Source: Eledone cirrhosa (lineage: Eukaryota). Taken from it: DNA of 64,000 bases. Each line of letters begins with the position of its first letter. Within the stretch, counting starts at the first letter, position 1. Below the pieces are notes generated by a model. It did not search any database. It worked only from the letters and a program-made list of their open reading frames with translations, and was not told the origin of the DNA. This document shows positions 1 to 12,369 of the stretch, in pieces. The stretch spans positions 373,736,001 through 373,800,000 of the forward strand of contig OZ024740.1 in NCBI GenBank assembly GCA_964016885.1, written 5' to 3'. The translations under genes and the position numbers were made by a program.

Positions 1-399
1 TGTTTATTCAGATCATAGAAATGACAGTGATATGTCGTTAGTTGGCAAGAACTAAAATATTATTCGCATTGTAAATGTACTCCATACATTTTAAATGCTC
101 AGTCTAGAGAAGTAACGGCCAAAGAATATATTGAGCTCGTTCTATATTTCAAATGAAATAATAAAATACGTGGATATACTGCCAGGGAGAGAAACCTATT
201 GTATAGGACAAATTATGAATTCTCATTTAATAACCCATTGATTGTTGGTTTAGTTTTATTGTTTCATGGCCGACGTAATGGCTAACTAAATTGGAATTAA
301 TCGATTCATTTGGTTATATGCACACCGTATAAACCTGTGAATTTATATCAATATAAAATATAATCATCGAAAATATTCCAACAATCAGTCAATAGTTAT

Positions 400-1000
400 T
401 GATAATGCATTTTCCCTATTGGGAAGGAAATAGATTGGTGCGTATTTCTGATTATGATCTTTTAAATATTATTGTGTGAAGTTGAACTTATAATTTAAAC
501 TAAATTGTCATTGCTTTTACGTTAATTAGCAGTTTAGTCGGCGCTCGGAAGAAGAACACCGTCCACTGAACCGTTTCTGATGGCTGAATGACCATAGTTG
601 GAAGAAAAAAGACACATCAATTGATTTCTGCACGCATTACAAACGGAATTTGCTACCGACGATGGTCTAATATCAGAAAAAAATGTCCACAATTGTCATG
701 CATAAAGAAACGTCAAAAACCTGCCACATATTGCATTGATTATAACATGGAACCTAAACACCACGTCGGTGTCTATTGTTGAAGTTAATAAAAACAAATA
801 TAATTAAGCATGGATCCCAATATATTTCATTTATTAGTTCTGTACTGGCGGTCCGAAATTTGTTCACATAAATGACAATATGATTTGGAATTTATCAAAA
901 TATTTTGAATAACCAGATAGAACATTTCTACAAAACAATCAACTTTGGTGATGATTATTTTTAAAATCCCAGTGGGATTTAATAATTAATAATTGACACT
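400..1000 (-). pseudogene. possible decayed 7TM GPCR paralog fragment (ECL2/TM5-TM6)
   Basis: aacctgccacatattgc...catggaa (~718-752) resembles atcctgccacaaatcgc...catggaa at ~50144-50172. Minus-strand peptides WCLGSM..QYVAGF and PTKLLI are spaced like KCYLFSMSERFVAGFY and YAKLLV in the 50 kb copy. Confidence 0.3.
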
Positions 1001-1477
1001 CGTATATTGTTAATAGCATTCTCATCTTGGTATTGATGTTGCATACCAGTTGAAGACAATTTCAATAAAACCTTACAATCTTAACATATTCCAAGAAATA
1101 AATTAAATTCTGATTGTAAATATCTATTTATATTTGATGCATCAAAGTTGCATCATCATTGATGAATTATCATTTCAAAGGGATTTCATCCTGAAAAGGA
1201 AATTTACATAACATTTCTAAGAATCATTATTTCTCCATATCTGTTACTTTGATATTCCTTTACTTTCCTTTAGATAAACTTACCATTTGCTTCCTTCTAT
1301 ACTTTCATTCTCTCACACAACAATTCATTTGATTCTAGTTCAGCAGTCTCTTTCGAATTCCATCTATATCACATATCAACACACAAACATGGATTTAGTG
1401 ATCTCGACTCCATATCTCGCATTTTTATGAATCATCATAGACAAACGTAAACTTCTCCAAATATATATATATATATA

Positions 1478-1670
1478 GGAAAAAGTATGACGCCGACGGC
1501 AGAGCTCAAGCCGTTTCGACAAGCTATTTCGACGGGTATTTCAGTCCAGAAATAACCGTCGAAACGGCTTGAGCTCTGCAGTCGGGGTCATACTTTTTTC
1601 TATTTCCCACTCTACTATTCTAAGTATTGAGTATTCTGGTGCGTTATGGTCCATCTGGTTCCTTACCAGA
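1478..1670. mobile_element. short inverted-repeat PLE/pLTR-like fragment in (TA)n
   Basis: Shares gaaacggcttgagctctgc.gtcggggtcat...gttatggtcca.ctggttccttacca with 32710-33195 and 48239-48365. Contains an inverted partial copy and is flanked by (TA)n. Confidence 0.6.
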
Positions 1671-1679
1671 ATTATTTTG

Positions 1680-1731
<52 letters not shown>

Positions 1732-3364
1732 GGGGGGGGCGTATGTGTGTGCTTTTGTTTGAGTGTACATATGTTTATCAATCTTTAAATAAATTAGCAA
1801 AAAGTAGGTTTACAAAATATGCTTGTTTCAACTCTCAATTGATGAGGGAATATTTATTTCCAGAGCGTGGAATTCGAAATTGGTTATAAATAAATCTGTG
1901 TGAACTAATAAGTGTATATTTTTTAATGTTTATTTTGGCAAAGTCCATTCCTGAAAAATAAAACATTACCCACGTGCCGGATAACTTGTCAAGCTTTATT
2001 TATATGTTTCTCACAAGTCAGATTATGATATATGGCAATATTTGTTTTTAATAATTTACTTTTAAATTTTTTTAGCCAAATTGTTCGCTTTCATTTAACC
2101 ATATAAGTCCAAATTATAGCATTGTTTATATTCATTTTTATTTTATTTTACTGCTTTTACCATTTATTGTTTGATTTATGTTGACTAGTCTTTACTTTCA
2201 TAGTTTGTGATAGACATAAGCTGTATAATGAGAACAAGAGTGAATACAGCACCTGAAAGTGAAGTATTACTTTTATATAAAGCATTTCTTTTATAATGCT
2301 TGACTAAATATCTTTGAGTCAATTTACTGATAGATTTATTCAATCATACAAAACATTCGTGTGAAAATCAGGATTAACATTAACATCATGAATCAACATT
2401 AATCAGATGCCAATAGAAATAAGGAAACTAAAGTATTTTCATAAACAATACTAGTGAAGCGGTTGGCCACATTTCTGCTTGGATAATTTTAAATCTATTT
2501 GCATAGATCTTGGAAAAGTGCCACTTGAGAACTGAAGTGGAATATCGTTTCACGATAACAAGGTGTTTTTTTAATAGCTGTATCTGAATAACTTTACTTT
2601 AATGATTAGTCAACACAAGTCAAAATTACAATTTCTATTAAATAATAAAAGTGAGAAGGAAACATTTGTTATCGAAGAAATACTACAAGATGTATATGAA
2701 TATACTATAAATATTTTTAGTACTTGTAAATATATCTAGATTCATTGTATAGTATGGGAAAAACAGCTTCAAATATAGATATATGTATCTTTTAGCATTC
2801 ATATAACAATGCATAGCTTTACATATGTCTTCGAGTTGAAACGAATACGTGTTCCATCTCTATGTATTCAGTTCAACTTTAAATGTAAATCCTTAAATCT
2901 GAAATACACCTAATCTTAGTACGTTTTTCAGAATGATTTCGACGTCGTAAGGGTGTCTAACCCATCCGATTACTCTGTTGAGTGTAATTCTTAAAGGATT
3001 AAATACATTTGTATGGCAGCAGATCAGAACAGAGGACATTGTACTTAGATACAATTGGACGGATTAATTTCGAAAAAGATTCAGGGATTAAACTTAAAAA
3101 AGAGAATAATAATTGGAAAGCCATGTAAACCAGAAATATATTGGACATGATAAAAAATTAATTCTGAAAGCAATCATCAAAACCTATTTGATTACAAATC
3201 TTTAGAAATATATTGTATCACACAAGATATATCGTGCTAACAAATTGTGCAGTAAGTATGGTTCTATGAAAAGGAACATATTTTCAATTATTTCATAATC
3301 TCTCAAATGGAATCGACTTTAAAGAAGTATTTAATTTTCAGTGGAACATTTCGTAATGGTAACA

Positions 3365-3467
3365 ATAATTGTTTCTAATTTTTGCACAAGGCCAACAATT
3401 ACCCAGTATATTACTGGTACTTTATTTTATCGACCCCGTAAGGATGAAAGGCAAAGTTAACCTTAAT
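3365..3467 (-). mobile_element. tRNA-type SINE, 3' fragment
   Basis: Reverse complement of the SINE 3' half seen at 17901-18084 (ctttcatccttacggggtcgataaaataaagtaccag...ggccttgtgc). Confidence 0.85.
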
Positions 3468-3559
3468 AGAAACAAAAATAGTGGAACACCAGATTTGTCA
3501 TAGCCTGTGGTAAAATAGTAAAATAATAAAATAATAAAGTGAAACTCCACCAGCATGGT

Positions 3560-4310
3560 GACCATGCATGTTAGATTGATCTATAATTCCAAAGTCAAAG
3601 TGTGGTGCAGATTATTCCATCAATAAAAGGAAAGCCAATATAATGCCTTTCAAAGGGATTCGATCACTCATGTTCCAACAAAATGAATACATTCAGTACG
3701 GTAAGTCTGACAAAGGAAATGGAGAAGAATCAGAATATCAAGGCTCCCAGGAAAATGTAAGTAATGACCCTATCAGCACGGACTGTGGTTGAGATGCATG
3801 GGGCTGATAACTGTGTATGCGGTCCCTATATGGGAAGAGTGGGGAGAGTGCAGAACAAGATTAACAAATTCCTCCGACGTTGTTCGCGAATCCCTCCAAG
3901 TGCTACCTAACTTGGCCTCTAAATAAGATGAGTATAACTCCTGTTTCCTCTGTCATCTTGATGGAGTAACTTAAGGTGGCAAGGTGCAGAGTAACAATTT
4001 TATTGAAGGTCTCACGAGGCACAAAACAGACATGCATGTATCTCCACAAGGTCGGACAGCTGACGTGGCTCTCGCAGAAACCGAAAGGATGCTGAAGCAA
4101 CGGGACATCACTGAATTCAGATGCTCGGGAAAAGGAGATTTCGGAACACCCAATTTCTAAGTATGTGATAAGGCTGATATAAAGTTGAGGGGGGCAACAT
4201 TATTTGAGGAATTGCTCCACCAGCTGGTAGACGGTGGAAGACTGGAACTTGAGGCTTGGGGAAATAGCTTACCAAGAAAGCTTGACTAAATGGGAATTCT
4301 AAAGAGGAAA
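3560..4310 (+). mobile_element. degenerate R2-group (Hero-like) non-LTR retrotransposon fragment
   Basis: Disrupted peptides KINKFLRRCSRIPP, LKVARCRVT, AETERMLKQRDITEFRCSGKGDFG and QESLTKWE resemble the post-RT region of Hero-type LINEs (from recall of the family). Confidence 0.5.
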
Positions 4311-4368
4311 ATCACTTGGCCATATTGGGTTGGGATAAGATCACTTGGCCATATTGGGTTGGGATAAA
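4311..4368. repeat. ~29-bp tandem duplication
   Basis: atcacttggccatattgggttgggataa occurs twice in tandem. Confidence 0.9.
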
Positions 4369-4589
4369 GAATCGTGTATAGGTATAGGACAAGGTGCCGG
4401 ATCGAGATAGACACACAATTGGATCAACCGAAATCAAACAGCTCTCTGTGTGTGTATGCGGGGGGGGGGGGGGTACGTGCGCGAGTGTGTATGTGTGTGT
4501 GTGTGCAAGAAAGGGAGAGAAAAGTGTATTAAGCATCCAATCGTAACTATAACATCAAGAGGGTATGATTGTTAGTCTATAACTCCATC

Positions 4590-4673
<84 letters not shown>

Positions 4674-5025
4674 GTGTGTGTTTATATATATATAAACAAA
4701 AGTGTAAGTCAACAGGTTAAAATTAACTTCGTTTATTCTTATTCGCTGCTATCTATCTTTCAGTAATAACCATTATTCAACAGCTATGACATCATCAGTC
4801 AAGTCAGTTAGAACTTGAACCGAAAAAAACAGGAAAACATAATGATGGTATAGATTTTACCTTGTTAGTTCGTTGATATGTTCAGATCCTCAGTGTGGTG
4901 ATAAATCTCTAAGGAACTGAAAGTATATGGGAGTAAACAGACCCACCTACGCAATTCGGTGAGTGCTCTAACCTGCATACTGAAGTGTCTGTAAACAACC
5001 AACACATACTCAATATTATATATAT

Positions 5026-5584
5026 ATAATACTGTAAGGAGAGACGAACACTAATATATAGTTATATGTGTTCGAATCACAAGGGAAATATACCGCCAGG
5101 CTCGGAAAAACTTGTTCTCCTTGAGCAGTCATAAGTATAGGGGACTATTGAGAGCTTTTAACACAATATATACTTTTGAATGATTTGCTTCATCGCTTTT
5201 GTTAAGCTTTACTACAACGTTTGGTTCTCGCTGCTATCTTTCTAGTACCTTACGTTCTACTCCTTCCGACTGGCACATTATTTCCATGTGCTCCCTTTTT
5301 TATCGCACATGTTTTACTTAGTTTTCTACCAAACATAGTAGTGAACTGAATATTGAGAAGCACGACACCACCTCACTAAATTTTGCGAAACACTTCTACC
5401 CATGAACTGTCCGGGTACATGATAATTATCACGGTAGGTTTGTTTTACTCAATTCATCTTTTTGATTGAATTCTGTGAACCATACTATTTTATTCAATAT
5501 TTTCTTTACACTGGCGGTCTATGTCCCTTTTGATTTGAACACATATAATCATGAGTCAGTGTTCGTCTCTCTTTACAGTGTTAT
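5026..5584. mobile_element. element with ~75-bp imperfect inverted repeats (MITE-like or PLE remnant)
   Basis: ataatactgtaaggagagacgaacact...taccgccag (5026-5099) is the inverted counterpart of ctggcggt...agtgttcgtctctctttacagtgttat (5511-5584). Confidence 0.55.
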
Positions 5585-5726
5585 AAGCCTCGGAAAGTAG
5601 GTTCACCTTCAGCTACATTAATTAGAGGGGACTAATGTCAGTTTTTAACTCAATATATATATACATATATATATTATTCAAAATATTAACAAATAAAAGA
5701 TATTCATATAATCAAAATATAATCCT

Positions 5727-5785
5727 TATTATATATATTTCGAAGGTACTGCGTTGCTTTTTCAGTACGTCCTCGTCAGATACTA
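5727..5785 (-). ncRNA. type I hammerhead ribozyme motif (PLE-associated)
   Basis: Minus strand reads CTGACGA-ggacgtactg..cagtaccttc-GAAA-tatat-ATA; stem I is short. Confidence 0.6.
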
Positions 5786-7450
5786 TATATGATTTGATAT
5801 ATGACATACCTCTACGGTCTTGATAATTCAATTTCAGTATTGGCAGTGATTTATTTCATAAAATCTCAACATGTATATACCACAAGTAATAATATAATAA
5901 ACTTAAAGAAGAAAAGGACGTGGAGCGAATTAGAGATATACGAGAGGGTGTAAAGAGGAGGAAGGCAAGAAAAAATACATACATAAATATTTAAATGAAT
6001 AAAAAATAAATAAATAAATGGATGGATGAATAGCGGAAGAAGAAAGGAGTAATAACGACAAAAGAGAGGGAATATAGTGGGATAGATAGAAAAACCGTTG
6101 ATTTCAAATATTAGGTCAATTGAGGCAACTAATCAAATACAATAAACTATTGAATATCTCTTGTATTTGATTATGGTTAAGCTAATTATACTTATATATT
6201 ATATCAAAATTAATCAATATACATTACTTTTTATAGCCGTCATGCAATTAGTTTAATTAAAAATGTATATAATTTAATTCAACTCATTATAGATTATAAT
6301 TTTTGGTTTAGGTAATATATTTCTTAAGTATTTCGTTACAACTTTAAACAATTTTATCTTTAATGCAAATTTAAATAATTATTAAACATGCATTAACATA
6401 TATATTAAAATACATGCATATATATATAGATCAATATACATCAATATATGTCATATATTAAGATCATTTGTTATCCGAATTATTTTATTTAAATAGGATA
6501 TTCACTTTATAACATCATTTCTATTCTTTAATTATCATATAATTACAGGATTAAATTGCAGTTATATTTACTCTCAATAGTTTTATTTCGTTAATTTATA
6601 TTTACTTCTGTAATTATTATTTTAGTTTCCTTTTAAAGATATTCTTATATTATTAAACTACATAATTCATGTCAAATATAATTTAGTAAGCTATTCAAAG
6701 AGAATAAAATATTTCCGAAGAATGTAAACCAAAGGAGGATAACTCATTCACCATATGTCAACATTTTCACGAAGAATCTACTCTGAAATCTTGTGATATT
6801 TCTAAACCATGAATCAACAATTGTCTAGTTAAATATTGAACTGTCCTAATCAAAACATAGGATACAGAGACTCTTATTGAAATTATTCTAATAAATAAAA
6901 CATCAATAAATTATTACCCCAGTAAGGCAAAAAACTATATATATATTTTTTTTTAATTATTAATTGTTAATATTTTTTCGAAACTTTTACAATGCCTGGA
7001 ATGTTTTAGCGAATTTATGTTGGCAGCTGCTGAATAATTCATTTTTCTTGTTAATTTAATTGTCATAATAGAGTCTCTAGATTGCGAAGATTGCAATTTA
7101 ACGAAATGGAAGCGTTCCGATAGGAATTGGCATTCTTTAACCGAGTCCATGAGATGGAGTATTTAATATTCTTGTCCTTCACGGACCATATTATTTGTGA
7201 GAGTGAAGTTGAACATTTTTTATCTAGATTAGATAAGGAATTTTTATGATTGTACCAACGAAACTTAAGTTTAGATGAAGTGGCACCAATGTAGTTATAT
7301 ATATTATTATTTGTCTTAATGGTAGGTACATTTATATACTAGATTCTTATCAAGGCTGTTATTTTGTAAAGGACATTCTGATTTCTTTCTACAGTAACAT
7401 TTCTTCTCGATGTTTTTTCTATACCCTAAACAATTCATATTATTATTATT

Positions 7451-7556
7451 TAATCCCGCCGAGGTTAACTTTGCCTTTCATCCTTACGGGGTCGATAAAA
7501 TAAAGTACCAGTAATATACTGGTAATTTGCTGGCCTTGTGCCAATAGTAGAAACAA
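7451..7556 (+). mobile_element. SINE, 5'-truncated, in (ATT)n
   Basis: aatcccgccgaggttaactttgcctttcatccttacggggtcgataaaataaagtaccag...ggccttgtgccaatagtagaaaca followed by (ATT)n. Confidence 0.85.
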
Positions 7557-7918
7557 TTATTATTATTATTATTTAAAGGTGTCTACTATTATTATTGTTA
7601 TTCCCATTAACTAATGTATTATTGTTATTGATATTATCGCTATTTATATGTTGGTTCAAATTAAGATTTTTACTATTTATTTTTGCTATATTTTAAGCAA
7701 TATACATAATTGTTGAATAAGAGAGTTCAACTGTGTGTCTATTGAAGATAGAGTAATATTTATGTGATCTATGGTAGCAGTTATCCAAGGCTGTAAAAAA
7801 ATAAGTGTGGTAAAGGTGTTTTAATAGCTAAATATGCTGGCGGAGCATACACAATTATAGATCTAGTTCTTATTTTTTCCCCGGTTTATTTCCCAAGTTG
7901 TTGTAATTATAGCCAATT

Positions 7919-7989
<71 letters not shown>

Positions 7990-8032
7990 TTTATTATTTT
8001 TATTATTATTAATATTATTGTTGTGTTATTAC

Positions 8033-9209
8033 TCTTTGAGTCTCAGTCATTGATGTTAGTTAACTGGAAAGTTTGTTGAAATGAATATCAAACCATTACC
8101 TGCAGACTCAGATATTCAGGATGTATCGAAGAGTTCTTGCTGTTCCCAGCAAGCATGCCTTTTGAAGTGTTCCAAAAAGCGGGGCGGGGCAAATTTTCTT
8201 TAACCATCCCTGGAAACATTTTGAGATAGTACCTAGTGCGCCTATGACAATCGGGGCCACTTTGACTTCATGGCAGTTCCAAATCCTTTTTACCTCCCAC
8301 TTTAAGTCCTGGTATCGGTTAATTTTCTCCCTCTCCTTCTCTTGCACTCTCGTGTCGAATGGGCAGACCACATCCACAATCAGGCACGATTTTTTTCTTT
8401 GTTCACAACCACCAGGTCAGGTCTATTGTGTTTCAGTTTCTTGTCCGTCTGTATCCTAAAATCCGATAGCACCTTCACCTGATCGTTTTCTATCACCGAC
8501 TCTGGCTTATGCTCATACCACTTCTCAGAATGTGGTAAATTGTTTACTTTGCATAGGTGCCAGTGGATCACCCTGCCCATCACATCATGTTTCCAGCCCT
8601 TATGGTGAGTCTGGGCTAGGTATTTACACTAGGATACAATGTGAGCCACATTCTCCTCTCTCTCTCCACAGATCCTGCACAGTAGCTAAACTCCTCCTTG
8701 TAAATATGGTGTTTCAGCCACTTCGTTTTGAGGGCCTGCTCTTGCGCAGCCATTAGCATTCCTTCTGTAGCCTTTTTTAAGGTCTCCTCTTCTCAACCAG
8801 TTCCATGTCTCTGGATCTCTGATTTCCGTTTTCTCAAAGAAGGTACACTTAAGGGATTTTTCATGAAGGTTGCTCTTTCTCCTCGTTGTTATTTCCTCCT
8901 TGGACATCCACTGATCTATTGTCCTCTCCTTCGGTACAATTCTGAGCATTCACCTTCAGATCTCCTTAAGTAGAGTCTATCGACATCACTCCTCTTGTGG
9001 TACATGATGTAGATAGTCAATAGCTTCCTAGTCTTCCTATCCATTTCTTTTTGTTCAGCAATATTCCATCTCAGAATTCCCGCACTGTACCTAATAATAG
9101 ACACAGCTCGGTAATTTACTGCACTTATGGCATTCCTACTGTTCAGATGTGACTTTAATACGCTCCTTACTCTCCGAATGTATTCAGATCTTATCAATTC
9201 CTTCATTTC

Positions 9210-9210
<1 letters not shown>
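8033..9210 (-). mobile_element. R4/Dong-clade LINE, 5'-truncated (copy A), decayed
   Basis: Peptides HDVMGRVIHWHLCK, RPDLVV and DVVCPFD..KINRYQDLKWE..PIVIGALG (restriction-like endonuclease, RLE). Flanked by (AAT)n; frameshifts and an internal deletion near 8950. Confidence 0.9.
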
Positions 9211-9260
<50 letters not shown>

Positions 9261-9262
<2 letters not shown>

Positions 9263-10011
9263 CTTGAGTCTCAGTCATTGATGTTAGTTAACTGGAAAGT
9301 CCCTTGGAATGAATATCAAGCCACTACCTGCAGCCTCAGATATTCAGGACGTATCGGAGGGCTCTTGCTGTTCCCAGCAAGCATGCCTTTTGAAGCGTTA
9401 CAAAAAGCGTGAAGGGGCCGATTTTCTTTAACCATCCCTGGAAACGTTTGGTGATAATCCCCAGTGCGCCTATGACAATAGGGATCTCTTTGACTCCATG
9501 TCTCTGGATCTCAGATTTCCGTTTTCTCAAAAAAGGTACTATGAAGGGATTTTTCCTGAAGGCTGCTCTTTCTCCTTGATGTTATTTCCTCTTTGGACAT
9601 CCCCTGGCCTATTGTCCCCTCCTTCAGTACAGTTCTGAGCATTGGCTCCTTACTATCAGTCACGTATTTGTGTAGGTTGTTTTTCTCCATCTGAACACAG
9701 TCCTCTATGCTGATAAGACCTCTTCCACCCTCAGATCTCCTTAAGTAGAGTCTATCGACATCACTCCTGTTGTGGAACATGTTGTAAATAGTCAATAGCT
9801 TCCTAGTCTTCCTATCCATTTCTTTTTGTTCAGCAACATTCCATCTCAGGATTCCCGCACTGTACCTAATAATAGACACAGCTCGGGAATTTACTGCGCT
9901 TATGGCATTTCTGCTGTTCAGATGTGACTTCAATACGCTCCCTACTCTCCCAATGTATTCAGTTCTTAACAATTCCTTCATTTTTTGGTTCTTTATGCCA
10001 TCAGCCTCCAG
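9261..10011 (-). mobile_element. R4/Dong LINE, 5'-truncated and internally deleted (copy B)
   Basis: Same family and 3' UTR as copies A and C. About 535 bp is missing near 9500 relative to copy C, with a catg microhomology at the junction. Confidence 0.9.
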
Positions 10012-10251
10012 TATTATTATTATTATTATTATTGAATGCTATGGTTGACGGAGGCTCGGCTCTGTAATGTATTGTAAATTTTGAACGCTATAACAATTGT
10101 AAATTGTTTAAAACTTTAACGAACTTTTAAACAAAAACACCCTCCTCCTCGTGAGAGGGGTCTTTCTGCCCGTTATTTGGCCCTTCGGGGTTAAATAACT
10201 GCTTATTGGGGTTTTGTGCCCAATATTTATTTTAAACAAAAAAAAAACAAC

Positions 10252-12300
10252 ATGGCTACGAAAAAGAATTTTCATAGTTCACTCCCACTCATTCCGTCTT
10301 CTTCTTCCTCAATCACTACAGCAGAGAGAAGATTGTCTCTCTCCCTCCCTTCTTTAAATGTGTCTCTCTCCCTCCCTTCTCTTTCGCGACGTCAGAAAAG
10401 AAAAGTCTCGTGCAAAGCATGCAAGATTTCTCCACGACGACGACCACAGCGACGAAACACGTGTGCGGGAAATACGAAAACCCATTTCATTCGTCTGACG
10501 TCAGGAATAATAGCAGTAGCAGCCGTAATAACAACAGCAACAGTGACAATGAAAACAACAGTAGCAGCCGCAACAGCATCACCAGCAGCATAAACAACAA
10601 CAACATTAGCAGCAGCAACAACAACAACAACCACAGCAACAGCGGCGGAGGCAGTAGTCGTAGTACCTGCAGCAACAACAAAAGTAACAGCAGCTCTGGC
10701 GACAACAACAATAACAGCAGCAAAGAAAAACCAATCTCGTTTGCAGGTATCGCGAAGAAACTGGAAACAATCCTCATAACAAATGAGGAATTAGAGGAAG
10801 CGAAGAAGATGGTGACAAAAACTGGACACTGAGCAATCTGCAAGGCAGCGGAAAAAATGTTTAGAAACCCAACAGCACTGTACGGTCACGTACCGTACAG
10901 TAAGTACAAAATCCCGTAGGGTTGAAAGAGCCACAGAGGCTCAAATACAAAAAGGCTTGGGGTCTGTGTGGCAGCGGAAAACGCACATCACCCGAGGCAA
11001 AAAATATGCCACCGTAGACGTACTTTTTGCCACACCCCAGGAGGCAAAGGCTCAATCCGTAGTGACCCTAATGAGCGAGGAAATTGTGTTGCTGCCCTCC
11101 TACTGCGGGCAAAAAATTGTGAGGGTCAAACTGACCCACATCCCCCTCGGGATGGCCCCTTCTTGGCTGGCCGCGTCTGTCCTCGTCGGAATCGAGGACA
11201 AAACAACTGTACTGCAAGTACAGATAAAAGTAAGAGAAGATTGGGTCGGCACCTCGATTGAGATGTTAATCCAAACCAACCAGGAGTGCATCGAAGCTAT
11301 CCCGGATGTGATAGACTTCGATAACGGCACTCAACTGCCCATAAGTGTTGAGGGCAAACGCCCGAAATGCTTTCGCTGTGGATCGAAGACTCGCGTCAGG
11401 GCCTTCTGCAACGAGAAGACCCTGAGAAAGGAGAAAACCCCCCTCCTTCCGAAACCGGCTCCACGGCTGCCAGCAACAGGACAAGCGGCAACCAGGAACG
11501 ATAGGTCGGTGGCACCCATACCCACACCACGGAAATCAAAAACAGCAGCAGCAGTGGAAATATTAACAACAACAACAGCAATACCAAATGCAGCTGCAAC
11601 AGAGACTCCAGTGCAAACATCACCAACAACTACAAGAGAAAGAGTGGAGCTGGTACCCATCCCTGACCTCACAGAATCAGACATGGAGTGTGAGGTGGGA
11701 GAGGGATGGCAAAAGGTCGTAAGAAGGCACAAACGCAGAAGCAGCGCTTCGTCGCCTTTGAAAAGGGAGGAAAGAAATGAGAAAAGGGTAAAGTCTACTG
11801 CAAAGAGACTCACAACAGCAACACCACCAACACCATCACCACCCACGCTAGCACCACCATCAACACCGGCGACAACCCCACCGCCAACAACACCTTCAAC
11901 ACCACCACCACAAGCACCAACATCGCAAACACAACAACAAAACACACACACCCAGCAACAACGACAAGAAAATAGCAGAACCACACCCCACCCCCAGAAA
12001 AACATATGCACGCAATATATACACACAACAAGAAACTAATGACTTACATAATTGAACACACAGACATTTCACAACACGACTACATAATACCAGTACAAAT
12101 CAAAACGCCAACTAACATAAGACTGCTAAAAATATCACAGAAACAATACACAAACATTAAAACGAAATTCCCCACGCTGTTCGTGATTTTAGGGACCTAG
12201 GAGGAACTCTCAATCGAAGAGTATATTCGGACATACTCATAGAAGAGCCGACGACCAGCCGAAGGGACGATTCAACGGTCCCTTCACCAGACGATCAAGA
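10252..12300 (+). pseudogene. Tx1 LINE ORF1 (frameshifted): Asn/Ser-rich region, CCHC-like knuckle, Thr/Pro-rich linker
   Basis: ORFs 10216-10593, 10410-10832, 10957-12039 and 12006-12200. CFRCGSKTRVRAFC here versus CFCCGSKTHLRAFC in copy 2. Confidence 0.75.
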
Positions 12301-12369
12301 GAAAAGGGATGTAAAAACCATCCCTCCTCTACGAAAAGTACGGTAAGTGGTCTTCCCATCTTTTCCACT

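Larger units (their letters stand above)
5655..7920 (-). mobile_element. Penelope-like element, 3' half (linker, GIY-YIG, 3' region with hammerhead)
   Basis: Minus-strand peptides RTRSIIVYAPP...SIFNRHTVELSYS (PLE linker) and YNYIGATSSKLKFRWYNHKNS (GIY-YIG). Hammerhead motif at 5727-5785. Confidence 0.75.

Noticed and set aside
10125-10215. Complete HDV-like ribozyme call
   Set aside because: P1, P1.1 and P2 pairings could not be assigned; kept only as a structured-UTR finding.
10392-12031. Antisense poly-L/V/G ORFs over Tx1 ORF1 (also 55939-57901)
   Set aside because: Shadow frames of AAC/AGC/ACC-rich sense sequence.
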